Shown here in pieces: positions 10,220 through 20,016 of a DNA stretch of 64,000 nucleotides (its first letter is position 1; each line of letters starts with the position of its first letter). This stretch comes from a virus. The notes beneath the pieces are model-generated. The model saw nothing but the letters and a program-made list of their open reading frames with translations, was not told the origin of the DNA and searched no databases. The stretch lies in IMG/VR virus record IMGVR_UViG_3300002098_001673, positions 1-64,000 of that record; one strand, given 5' to 3'. The translations under genes were made by a program, and so were the position numbers.

Positions 10220-11076
10220 TATCTTGGGGGGTTAACATACTCATACCATTTTATGGGTTCTGGTGTTCCAGCCCTTTCACCAAATTGGTGATATTCCGAA
10301 GTATATGGATTAATATTTAAAACTTGATATTCTCTTTTATCATAATCCAACTCAACTTTATAATAAAAATATGAACTACTATCAAAAGAATATTTATTAG
10401 CAGAAATTGAAGATTGTGGAGTATTCATCATCTTTATGAATGTACCATCTTTTGCATTATAAAACTTAGCCGTCATGTAAAAAGTTTTAATATCCAAAAA
10501 AGTTCTTTTCTTTAACCAATAAATAAAAAACCCTTCTTTATCTCCAACATAATTTAAAGCAAATTTTGGTTTCTTTATTGAAACTGGAGTTCTTTGCATC
10601 ATTGTATCCATCTTTAATCCCTGTTGTGTCGGTATTATGAGTGTTATATAGTTTGTTTGTTTTTTATCGTCAATTGTATCATATAAATCTAATTTAAAAA
10701 AAGAATTAGAAAAATTATTTGTATAGTAAAAAATTTCTTGTGTTGTAAATCCTTCACTTCGATAATCATTTCTCCAATTTGCTCTGTCATCTAATGAACC
10801 TCCAGAATAAAAATAAAACTCATAGTTTAATTCCGTAGATTGTGTAATTCCTGTTGAAGGAGAATTTGCAAATCTATCAATTTCAAAATCTCTCCCAATA
10901 CCAACAACATCTTTTATAACTTCAGTTTCATATTCATCAATACTTTGGTCTATACCAAGATAATCCCAACTCAAATTTATTGGTATATTAACTTGTTTAT
11001 TAACAAAAGAATTTTTCTTTATTATAAAATTATTCACATCCATCGATAAGTGGTTTAATAGGTATTCCAGTTCCAA
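10219..11076 (-). CDS. Hypothetical protein (baseplate region)
   Basis: 285-aa ORF; true start possibly ATG 11043. Confidence 0.7.
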   Translation of the reverse strand: MELEYLLNHLSMDVNNFIIKKNSFVNKQVNIPINLSWDYLGIDQSIDEYETEVIKDVVGIGRDFEIDRFANSPSTGITQSTELNYEFYFYSGGSLDDRANWRNDYRSEGFTTQEIFYYTNNFSNSFFKLDLYDTIDDKKQTNYITLIIPTQQGLKMDTMMQRTPVSIKKPKFALNYVGDKEGFFIYWLKKRTFLDIKTFYMTAKFYNAKDGTFIKMMNTPQSSISANKYSFDSSSYFYYKVELDYDKREYQVLNINPYTSEYHQFGERAGTPEPIKWYEYVNPPR

Positions 11077-12721
11077 GTAAATCGGAATTGTAGTTTATTC
11101 CTTCAGGAATTAATCTAAAAATTACATTTTTAAAAGGATATTGTGCCCCATTTAAAAATGGATAATCAACACCTCTACCTAAATTATCAATAAATCCATA
11201 AGTATATAAATCTCTCCATCTAAATTGTTGGTCTGATGCCGAATAAAAAGACCACGTAGGAATCCCATCAATAATTCCAACATCTCCAGTTTCAATATAA
11301 TCAGAAAAAACTCTTATACTCATAGAATGATGTGGTTGATAATAATATCCTGGTGAATTTGTATCATTCGCAGTAGTTGTCTGAAATACTAATTGATTAT
11401 ATTTTATTTTTTGATAATACGGAGAAATCACTCTTTCAATCTGCTCATAATCGTTCCATTCGCAAAAATCTCCGTCAACAATATCTCCTCTTTTTAAATC
11501 ATTATTATAATAAAAAGTTTTTTTTGTTCCATTTGTTAAAATATATGAAGATACAGGTATATTAGTATTTGAATTGGCATTATTAGAATCCCACCAAGAA
11601 TTCGTTGTACTTCCAAGATTAAATTCCCATCCTTGTTTAATGCCAACATTATTATTCGGATAATTAAAATAACCTGAATATCCTTTATTAATTATTGTAA
11701 TAAATAATTCACTTATTGGTCTTTTTTGATTATCTATAACTCCTTTTAAATCAATATCGTAATTTGTTGTTATATTATAAGCGTTACTACTATTTTTTTG
11801 AGATATTCTAGATATTTTATTTGGTGTTATAGAACTATATTCAAATTTTTTAGTCTCATTAAAAACGTTTTTTTCAAATCCGTCTTTAGTTATTACCATA
11901 TCATCAATATTTGTTAAAATTTTATGTTCTCTAACATAATATTTTGATTTGGTCTCAAGTAAATTATCAGGATTTATAATTCTTTTAAATGTCCCCGTAA
12001 CACCATTTGAAAATGTATTCCCTGTGTATCCAATATTAAAAATATTAAATACATATACTCCACTACCAAAACTATCATTACCTAATGAATTAACTTGAAA
12101 TAAATTAGTCGTGCCATAAAATATAGATAATTCAACATATTCTCCAACACTAAGACCGTGAGGAGAAATACACTCAAACGAAATTAATCCATTCCCATTT
12201 TGAGTTGAATTATTTATTGAAAATGGAATTCCTTCTGATGCTGTCCATTGTCCTATACTATTAATTACTGTAAATAATTTTTTATCGTAATTATTACGAT
12301 AAGCATAACTTAAATAATATGTCCAATTATATGTGTAAGCACTTTTTGCTTTATATGGTATATGTTGGTCGCTAATATCAGGTCTAAAAAAATCAAATTC
12401 ATAATATTGGGGAAATCCCTTCCATAAACCACTTGAAATAGAATTTTCAGGATTAACGTAATATAAATTATATTGAAATGGTATATAATTAGTTGTTCCA
12501 ATATAAGTATTATCGTAAATGTAGGTTATTTTAAATGTTGGCCTAAAAATTGTGGATTCTTGTCTTTCGTCATCAAATACTTGTGCCAAACTAACAGTAG
12601 AACTCCTATCATATTCAATCATTTGCTGACTTTTTTCTTCAAATGAAACTGGAATTTCTTGGTCTACGGAAGGAGCCGCCTTATATTTAAGATTACTTGG
12701 TATGATTGTATAGTTATTCAC
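11030..12721 (-). CDS. Hypothetical protein (baseplate region)
   Basis: 563-aa ORF overlapping both neighbours. Confidence 0.75.
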   Translation of the reverse strand: MNNYTIIPSNLKYKAAPSVDQEIPVSFEEKSQQMIEYDRSSTVSLAQVFDDERQESTIFRPTFKITYIYDNTYIGTTNYIPFQYNLYYVNPENSISSGLWKGFPQYYEFDFFRPDISDQHIPYKAKSAYTYNWTYYLSYAYRNNYDKKLFTVINSIGQWTASEGIPFSINNSTQNGNGLISFECISPHGLSVGEYVELSIFYGTTNLFQVNSLGNDSFGSGVYVFNIFNIGYTGNTFSNGVTGTFKRIINPDNLLETKSKYYVREHKILTNIDDMVITKDGFEKNVFNETKKFEYSSITPNKISRISQKNSSNAYNITTNYDIDLKGVIDNQKRPISELFITIINKGYSGYFNYPNNNVGIKQGWEFNLGSTTNSWWDSNNANSNTNIPVSSYILTNGTKKTFYYNNDLKRGDIVDGDFCEWNDYEQIERVISPYYQKIKYNQLVFQTTTANDTNSPGYYYQPHHSMSIRVFSDYIETGDVGIIDGIPTWSFYSASDQQFRWRDLYTYGFIDNLGRGVDYPFLNGAQYPFKNVIFRLIPEGINYNSDLLGTGIPIKPLIDGCE

Positions 12722-15700
12722 TTATAGAATATTTTGTTTTGAATTTATCTATTGCACTTTCTCCTTGTACTAACCCGAAATAAAAATGATTTGGAGCTCC
12801 AACTAAAAATTTATTGTAAATATTATTCCATGTTGATTCATAATTACCATTACCGTCAATATTAAAAATGTATCCTCTCTCATATATGTCACCTAATTGT
12901 GTATTAAATCCGATAAAATATTCGTTATTTGGATAAATTTTTCTTCTATCTAAAGATTGATAATTTCTTGAAAAGATATCTGATGTTGTTGTTTTCCAAT
13001 TATTATACTGGTCTCCAAATATTGTTCCTGTTGTATTTGTGTCCCAACCCCATCTATAAAAAGGAACCTCTTGAGAATATATTCCATATGGATACGTTAT
13101 CGCATTAACATTATCTGACGGTCTAAAATCAATTACCCCTGGAGTTAAAAAATCTTTGTTTTGTAAATCTTCTGTTGTTGATGAGAAGAAAATACCAATC
13201 GTAGGATTATTTTCCCCGCCATAAACAGATACAGGGTCATTAGCATCTCCATTGGAACTATAAAATTCTTGTGAAAAAGGTATAACCCCAAACTCACTGT
13301 TGATTGACATAGCTTGAGCTAAATCAGCATCAATTCTTTTTTCAGGTCTTGAAAATAATTTATCTAATCCATTATCTCTTAATAATAAAATTTCAGATAG
13401 AAATTTTGCATTTGCTATTCTTGAAATTACAAACAAATTAACAATATCTGAGGTATCTGAATAACTTGTAGAATTTAAACTTTTTACAATATAAGCTCTA
13501 GCTGATGGGTCAAAAATTATTTCTTGATAAAATGAATCTTTTATTCCTAAATTTATTATTGTTGTTGGAAACAATAAGTTTCTCTCATTAACAGAAGTAT
13601 TATCTAATTTTGGTGCTCCAACAAAATAAGATGTAGTTCCTGTTATATATGGAGAACTTCTGTAATAAAAATTATTAGATAATGTATCAAAATATACTAA
13701 TTCTTTTGTGAATGATGGGGGTAATGGTTGATTCTTTTTATCATAATATGTATCTACTTGAATTGGGAACATATAAAGAAATCCATTAATCCAATTATTA
13801 ACGAATGATTGAGCAAGAACTCCTCTACATAAACCATAAAAAAATCTGAACCTATAAGCCCATTCTTCAAATGCTTTAATATCTTTACCCAAATCTTTTA
13901 AAGGTTTATTAACTAAAATATAGCAACCGTTTTGAACTGAATCTACATTTTGACAATTTTCTTTGATGCCAAATGTACCTGAATAACCACTATAACAAGA
14001 AAGCCCAACTAAGTTACTACAAGTACTCAAACTTTCAATAACATTAGTATAATTTATTTGACCCTCAATATCTGCGGTAACTATATCAGCACCTGTACCA
14101 AATCTTTGTGCGGTAAAATCTTCTGTATCTGTGTTTATTACATAGATGGTAAATCCTAAGTTTTGTTGTAAAACAGCGGCATTGTTATCCCAACCACTAC
14201 CATCCATATAATTTGAGTTTGGTAATCTATCGGTTCTCATAACATTTTTAACTTTTGAAACGATATTTAAAGGGGTTGCCGTATATGTTGGCAATAAACT
14301 TGGTGCAACATATACTTCATTAGTGTTTGATGGTTTATTTCCAATATTAGTATATAGATATCCTACGCCAGATAAATCTTCTGAGTTATCATAAAATTTT
14401 GAAGATGGTTCTAAAGAATAAGAACTATTAGATGTTGATGATACAATACCTCTTAATCCATTCCAATAAACATTATTATTTCTTGGCGTAAAACTTTGTA
14501 AAAAATTTGCATCGAATGATGAATAATACCCGACATTTGAAGTTGTAAATGATGAAAATTGATTACTTGCCTCCCAAAAATAAGAAGAATAGAAAATGTT
14601 ATTTTGATTATTATGTTCTTGTATTGCTAATCCTCCAGATGTTATTGGTTGTATTGGTATGTTAACTCTTGTTCTTGCGGTAAGAATGTAATCACTTTCG
14701 TTTGTTAATCCTAATATTTTACCAATCCCATAAGAATTATTATATAACGGAGAATATGGGTCAACTCCTCTTTGTATTATTGTAATATATTGATTATTAA
14801 AATCTGCAAAAATATCTTTTGTACAATATTGTTGATTATGTTCATTTCCCCATCCACGGGTACCATTTTCATTCCATATAATATCGGTACAGCTTGTTAT
14901 CAACCCTGGTAATAAACTATCATTAGATGTATTCCATATTGAACTTATTTCCGAAATTGTAAAAGCCGTAACAACTTGATAATACTCAATGTCTGATGGA
15001 AATTTATAATTACTTTCAGTTGTTCCAGTATTTAAAAAATATTGTTGTGTTAATGATTGTGTTTGGTTAGATGGGTTTGCATAAGTTAATGAGATTGTTC
15101 CATAACCAGTTTGTTTAGATGTTCCACTAATACCTGTTACAATTCCATTTGCCGTTGAAGCCGTATATAAAAAATTAACGTCTGTAGTACTAGATGGATT
15201 TAAGAAAGTTAATAAAGTACCTGAAGGTATTTTTGTATTCATAAGAACAGTTAAACTACTATCAAAATGACTTTGATTAATGTTAGATTGATAATCAAAT
15301 GAGACAGATAATCTATTAATACCGTCAAAATATTTTTTTCTTCCGTTAAATACATTTATTCTTTCTCCAAGTGGTAAATTTGAACTTGCAGAAAATACTT
15401 TTTCTGGTGTTCCGAAGAAATTAGTTGTGTCAGGAAGTCTTAATTCTTGTGATTCTGTTGTTTTATAGATTGTATTGTTAGTCCTTTCATCTATTCTACC
15501 ACCAATAGATTGAGAAAATAATAAGGATAATACTGTAGTATCATCATCACTATGTCCTAAATTTTGTTTAACTAATGGATTTAATTTTTCATAATATAAT
15601 CCAGGGTTTGATAATTGTGTTACTAAACTTGTAGCAACAACAGAACTATCTTGGGTTGTAGTCTCTGCATCACATTCACATGCTTGGCATTCTGGATATG

Positions 15701-17507
15701 TCATCATAGATAATTTTAATCTACCGAATCTATATTTAACAATACTAGCAAATTTTATTGTTAAAAATATACCAGCCGCTAAAAATAATATACCAAAAAT
15801 AATATGCGCAATAATTAATCCTACTGCAGGAAATGGCGGAGAACCCGCAAGACCAGATGCAATGAAATTTTGAACCGATTGTTCAAACATGAACCCTATA
15901 AGAAATATTAAAAAAATGACCGCAAAATTATTCCATAAAAATGATAAAAAATGGTATATTACTAATAACGGGATTCCTATCAATTGAATTATTTGCATCA
16001 AAATTGAAAATAAAAAAAATAAAAAATCAAAATTTCTAAATCCGTCATTTGTTGGAAATTTATTAGTTGTTGACTCGCAATCTTGACTATCAATCTCTTT
16101 GATACCAATAAATCTTCCTTTACCCCCTTTTTTGAATTCAGTAATTAAACTTGAAACAGTATAAACTTTATTGTATTCAAACATGTAGAATGTGTCTTCG
16201 CAGTTTATTGCAGATTCTTGGTTTGTATACCCACTCCAATCGAGACCAAAATAATAAGAACCTTGTAATTGTTCTTTTTGTTGTTCTGTTGCGGATAGAT
16301 TTGTGTAAGGGTCTCCTTGAAAGGGTTTCCATCCATATTCTTTAATATTTGGAATTAAATAATAAGGTCTTCTTGTTTGTTCAGTTAATGTTTTTGGTTG
16401 TTGCCATTTAATTTTAAATCTATATTTTGCTTTGGTGGGAATTCCTATTGTTGGGTCATAGGATATGACCTTTTCTCCAAATTCGTTTGTGGTATAATAA
16501 TCCAAATTCATTGGTAGTTCTGTCATCCAAACACCATTACCATCTATAATATTTCCTGATTGTTCTAATGTATACTCTTCTAAAACAGGATTACCATTTG
16601 AATCTTGGTTTATTGTTTGTCTTATGGTTAATATTTGACCCGGTCCAGACACTAAACTACATAGATTACCCATATCATCTTTAGGTTTAGCATTTTTTTT
16701 AACTCTATATTTATCAGGCGTAGAACCAATAGAACCCATAAAAACTGATGTTGGTCTTATGTCTATATTAGCCTTTTCTCTCAAATCAAAATCTAATCTG
16801 TTAACCGCGATTTGACAAATACTTGAGTCTCCCCATAAAGGCGAAATTTCAATAGTTTGTGATAAATTAATTATTTGAGGTAATGAATTTAAATCAGTTG
16901 ATGATTTAAATCTTCCACCAGCAACTTGAGCTTCGCTTGCTAATCCCATTCTAATTAAATCTTGAGGTGTTAATGAAAATTCACCTATATCAGATAAATC
17001 AACATCCATGAATAACGTTTGAGTACCTAATGGTACCCCCATAATCATATAATCACCACTTTCATTTGTTTTTGCGGTATATCTATAATATTTATCATAA
17101 ATTTCAATTGCCGTTTGTCCTGTTAAAGCATCTAATCTAGATGGTAATGTTCCTGTTGCCGCATGAGCAGAATAAGATTTTTCATATGGTAATAAATTAT
17201 ATCTATAACCATCTTGATTTTTATCTGAAGGAGATTTGTAGGGATAAATACTACTTATGATTGGATTTGATTGGTCTATGACTTCAATAGGGATAAATAC
17301 AGATATTCTAGCATTTGGGATACCAAATCCATTATTTGCTGTAACTCTTCCAACAACAACACCATAATCTGAACAATTTCTTAAATAAATGTCTGATTGT
17401 TGAATTTTTAAAGATAAAATTTCTAAAAATTCAAACTCTTGGTCTATCTGAACCGTAATTGTTTTATTAATTCCTTGTTCCGTTCTTATTCTATACGATT
17501 GCCCCAT
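12714..17507 (-). CDS. Large putative virion protein with N-terminal prealbumin/carboxypeptidase-regulatory-like domain and internal hydrophobic helices
   Basis: 1597 aa. GVVVGRVTANNGFGIPNARISVF...AKTNESGDYMIMGVPLG motif; hydrophobic run FDFLFFLFSILMQIIQLIGIPLLV...GLIIAHIIFGILFLAAGIFLTI. Confidence 0.65.
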   Translation of the reverse strand: MGQSYRIRTEQGINKTITVQIDQEFEFLEILSLKIQQSDIYLRNCSDYGVVVGRVTANNGFGIPNARISVFIPIEVIDQSNPIISSIYPYKSPSDKNQDGYRYNLLPYEKSYSAHAATGTLPSRLDALTGQTAIEIYDKYYRYTAKTNESGDYMIMGVPLGTQTLFMDVDLSDIGEFSLTPQDLIRMGLASEAQVAGGRFKSSTDLNSLPQIINLSQTIEISPLWGDSSICQIAVNRLDFDLREKANIDIRPTSVFMGSIGSTPDKYRVKKNAKPKDDMGNLCSLVSGPGQILTIRQTINQDSNGNPVLEEYTLEQSGNIIDGNGVWMTELPMNLDYYTTNEFGEKVISYDPTIGIPTKAKYRFKIKWQQPKTLTEQTRRPYYLIPNIKEYGWKPFQGDPYTNLSATEQQKEQLQGSYYFGLDWSGYTNQESAINCEDTFYMFEYNKVYTVSSLITEFKKGGKGRFIGIKEIDSQDCESTTNKFPTNDGFRNFDFLFFLFSILMQIIQLIGIPLLVIYHFLSFLWNNFAVIFLIFLIGFMFEQSVQNFIASGLAGSPPFPAVGLIIAHIIFGILFLAAGIFLTIKFASIVKYRFGRLKLSMMTYPECQACECDAETTTQDSSVVATSLVTQLSNPGLYYEKLNPLVKQNLGHSDDDTTVLSLLFSQSIGGRIDERTNNTIYKTTESQELRLPDTTNFFGTPEKVFSASSNLPLGERINVFNGRKKYFDGINRLSVSFDYQSNINQSHFDSSLTVLMNTKIPSGTLLTFLNPSSTTDVNFLYTASTANGIVTGISGTSKQTGYGTISLTYANPSNQTQSLTQQYFLNTGTTESNYKFPSDIEYYQVVTAFTISEISSIWNTSNDSLLPGLITSCTDIIWNENGTRGWGNEHNQQYCTKDIFADFNNQYITIIQRGVDPYSPLYNNSYGIGKILGLTNESDYILTARTRVNIPIQPITSGGLAIQEHNNQNNIFYSSYFWEASNQFSSFTTSNVGYYSSFDANFLQSFTPRNNNVYWNGLRGIVSSTSNSSYSLEPSSKFYDNSEDLSGVGYLYTNIGNKPSNTNEVYVAPSLLPTYTATPLNIVSKVKNVMRTDRLPNSNYMDGSGWDNNAAVLQQNLGFTIYVINTDTEDFTAQRFGTGADIVTADIEGQINYTNVIESLSTCSNLVGLSCYSGYSGTFGIKENCQNVDSVQNGCYILVNKPLKDLGKDIKAFEEWAYRFRFFYGLCRGVLAQSFVNNWINGFLYMFPIQVDTYYDKKNQPLPPSFTKELVYFDTLSNNFYYRSSPYITGTTSYFVGAPKLDNTSVNERNLLFPTTIINLGIKDSFYQEIIFDPSARAYIVKSLNSTSYSDTSDIVNLFVISRIANAKFLSEILLLRDNGLDKLFSRPEKRIDADLAQAMSINSEFGVIPFSQEFYSSNGDANDPVSVYGGENNPTIGIFFSSTTEDLQNKDFLTPGVIDFRPSDNVNAITYPYGIYSQEVPFYRWGWDTNTTGTIFGDQYNNWKTTTSDIFSRNYQSLDRRKIYPNNEYFIGFNTQLGDIYERGYIFNIDGNGNYESTWNNIYNKFLVGAPNHFYFGLVQGESAIDKFKTKYSISE

Positions 17508-17608
17508 TAGACATCTTTAATTTATAAATAGTTTATGTGTAATTTTTCAGGTAAGAATAAATTACTCACATTATAAATTATAGAACAATAAATCTATAAA
17601 TAAACTTG

Positions 17609-19447
17609 TTAAGAAAAAGTAATAGATTGGAAGTTTTTAACAGAAACTCTAATATCTTTATTAGGATATCTTATTTGATATACTTGCGATGGTTGTGCGA
17701 ATATTGTATCATCAATAGGACCAATCAATTTTGTTTCAGGATTAGAATATACCATTGATGTTTCCGCTGAAGAATATTGGCCTCCTACTTCATTATAAAT
17801 ATTTAAACTAGCGACGGTTAAAACACCATTTTGATTTTGTATTAAACTTCTTAACTCAGACAAATAAACATTTTGCCCTAATTGTCTTGTTTGTGGATTA
17901 AAATATGTTGATACTCTATCAATAACTTCAGATATTACTTGTCCAGAGTTTTGTACCGAATCTAAAACAATTGCAACATCAACACTCAAATCAATTACTT
18001 CAGCAGTAAAGATTGATATATAATCATTCATCATTCTGTAGTTAGATAAATAATTCGCAATATTTTGTTTTAAAGTATTCGATACAATATTTGTTAATTT
18101 ACCTGACGTATCATATGATAATATTTGAATTAAAATTTTATTATCATTCTCAGTAATTGATACTTTTGCAGGTGCCCCAAATTGGGATGGCATATTTCTT
18201 ATTAATGATTCATAATCTTGAACTGTAACCGCTCTTTTTTGTGCCGCAAAATTAAATGAAACATAATTTCTAATTTCTTCTAAAGATGGTACTCCGGCTC
18301 CCCCAACTGCTGCAGTTACATTAACACATCTAAGGGAATTAATTACGGCAGAATTCGTAACTTCTGACGGTCCATTAACAAAAAAATTAACCGTACCAAC
18401 TTGATTTATAACATTTGTACCTAAATTTGTTGCTAATCCTCCACCAACTCTATATTGAATAAATAATGTAGAATTTGCGGTTAAAGTAGAACCCAAAGAA
18501 AAATTATTTGAATATTTTTGTAATTCTAAAGTAGTACCTAATGTGGTAAATTCATTTAAAGCATCTTGAGCAGTATTTGTACCTCCACCAAATGTCATTT
18601 TTTTAAATCCTTCTGGTGTATATTCTGTAATAAATCTATTTTGAGTTTGTATATATTTACCAACTTTAATACCTGGTTGGTCTGATACTTTTGTAGGGTC
18701 TTCAATGAATACTCTATCTTCCGCTAAAGCATCAACTTCATACCATCTATTACTTAACCCTAAAAATTCTGCAGTTGTAGGCACATTCGTATATTCAGTT
18801 CCGTTTTTTAATAAAACGCTTGTTACCCCTAAAACATTTTTTTCAGGTAAAAATAATTCAAAAAATGGTTTAACGTCATTTGCACCAATAACTCTTTTAA
18901 ACACTTTAGTAATACCATTAACAACAATTTCTCTTTTAGTTATTGTATAATTTATTAAAACATTATTCGCATTAAAATTAGGAATTTTTAATCTATTTGG
19001 AAATCCCTGAGCATTATATGGTGATGCAAAATCAATATCGTATATATTTTCGAATACAATACCAGCACCGATAACTTGTGAACCTCTAATTAATGTTCCA
19101 AGATATCTTTCATCTTCTTTATCACCATATGCCGGAACAGTAATTGAAAAATCAACTAATGAAACTGATGGTCTTTGTCCAGGTAATTTTAAACCATAGG
19201 TTCTTGCTATGTTATATATTGACGACCTTTGTTGAGCATATTGTAAAACAGTTTCTTGGATACTTCTATCAATATTATAATTTAAATTATCTGCAACCGC
19301 TGCATTCATATCTAAGAATATAGAAAATACAGAAGCGTCATTAAAATCTTGAATTAAATCAGGATAATATGTTTTAGCGTAGTTTAAAAGTTCAGTTCTA
19401 ATTGACTGAAAATCTCTAGTTGTATATGATATTGTACGATTTGCCAT
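17609..19447 (-). CDS. Baseplate wedge subunit, T4 gp6-like / baseplate J-like
   Basis: YTTRDFQSIRTELLNY...DFNDAS...DNLNYNID...ETVLQYAQQRSSIYNIARTYG; AVGGAG..SLEEIR...FAAQKRAVTVQDY. Confidence 0.88.
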   Translation of the reverse strand: MANRTISYTTRDFQSIRTELLNYAKTYYPDLIQDFNDASVFSIFLDMNAAVADNLNYNIDRSIQETVLQYAQQRSSIYNIARTYGLKLPGQRPSVSLVDFSITVPAYGDKEDERYLGTLIRGSQVIGAGIVFENIYDIDFASPYNAQGFPNRLKIPNFNANNVLINYTITKREIVVNGITKVFKRVIGANDVKPFFELFLPEKNVLGVTSVLLKNGTEYTNVPTTAEFLGLSNRWYEVDALAEDRVFIEDPTKVSDQPGIKVGKYIQTQNRFITEYTPEGFKKMTFGGGTNTAQDALNEFTTLGTTLELQKYSNNFSLGSTLTANSTLFIQYRVGGGLATNLGTNVINQVGTVNFFVNGPSEVTNSAVINSLRCVNVTAAVGGAGVPSLEEIRNYVSFNFAAQKRAVTVQDYESLIRNMPSQFGAPAKVSITENDNKILIQILSYDTSGKLTNIVSNTLKQNIANYLSNYRMMNDYISIFTAEVIDLSVDVAIVLDSVQNSGQVISEVIDRVSTYFNPQTRQLGQNVYLSELRSLIQNQNGVLTVASLNIYNEVGGQYSSAETSMVYSNPETKLIGPIDDTIFAQPSQVYQIRYPNKDIRVSVKNFQSITFS

Positions 19448-19452
19448 TTATA

Positions 19453-19923
19453 TTAAATATTAAGAATGATGAAATCACTTTGAGCGAAAGTTGATGCATT
19501 TGTAGCATAATCTATTTTAACTTTAGCAGTATATTCTGCGGTCCCTTTTCCAGGTACTCTGTATATTGACCATAATTGGTCTCCTGCAATATCCCTACTA
19601 TTTGTTGCATTAACTTCACTATTAATATCTGCCGGTTCTATTGTTATTTTATTAACTAACAAGTTTGGCATATATTTTTGAATAGAATCTCTAATGTCAG
19701 ATTCTATCGCATCAAAAGTTAATCCATCATAAGGTTCAAAAATATATTCATATAATCTTGTACCAAAATCTGGTAAAAAATATCTAGAACCTTTTCTAGT
19801 TAATAATAAATGTATTAAATCTGCCTTTACCTCTTGAGATTGTAATTGAGTTAATTCTAAATAATCACCTCTCATAGAATCCCTAAAGGGAAAATTTATG
19901 CCGTATGTAGTTCCATCTGCCAT
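19453..19923 (-). CDS. Baseplate wedge / sheath initiator, T4 gp25-like (GPW/gp25 family)
   Basis: GINFPF...VKADLIHLLLTRKGSRYFLPDFGTRLYEYIFEP...IRDSIQKYMP. Confidence 0.9.
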   Translation of the reverse strand: MADGTTYGINFPFRDSMRGDYLELTQLQSQEVKADLIHLLLTRKGSRYFLPDFGTRLYEYIFEPYDGLTFDAIESDIRDSIQKYMPNLLVNKITIEPADINSEVNATNSRDIAGDQLWSIYRVPGKGTAEYTAKVKIDYATNASTFAQSDFIILNI

Positions 19924-19973
19924 ATAAAAAAATATAGTGTCACGTTATTTCTTATAAATAGAGTAAAAAACAA

Positions 19974-19996
19974 AATCCTGATAATATATCAGGATT
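19974..19996 (-). terminator. Intrinsic terminator after nrdA
   Basis: aatcctgata / tatcaggatt inverted repeat followed by ttgtttttt on the minus strand. Confidence 0.65.
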
Positions 19997-20016
19997 AATG
20001 TTATTAATAATTTATT

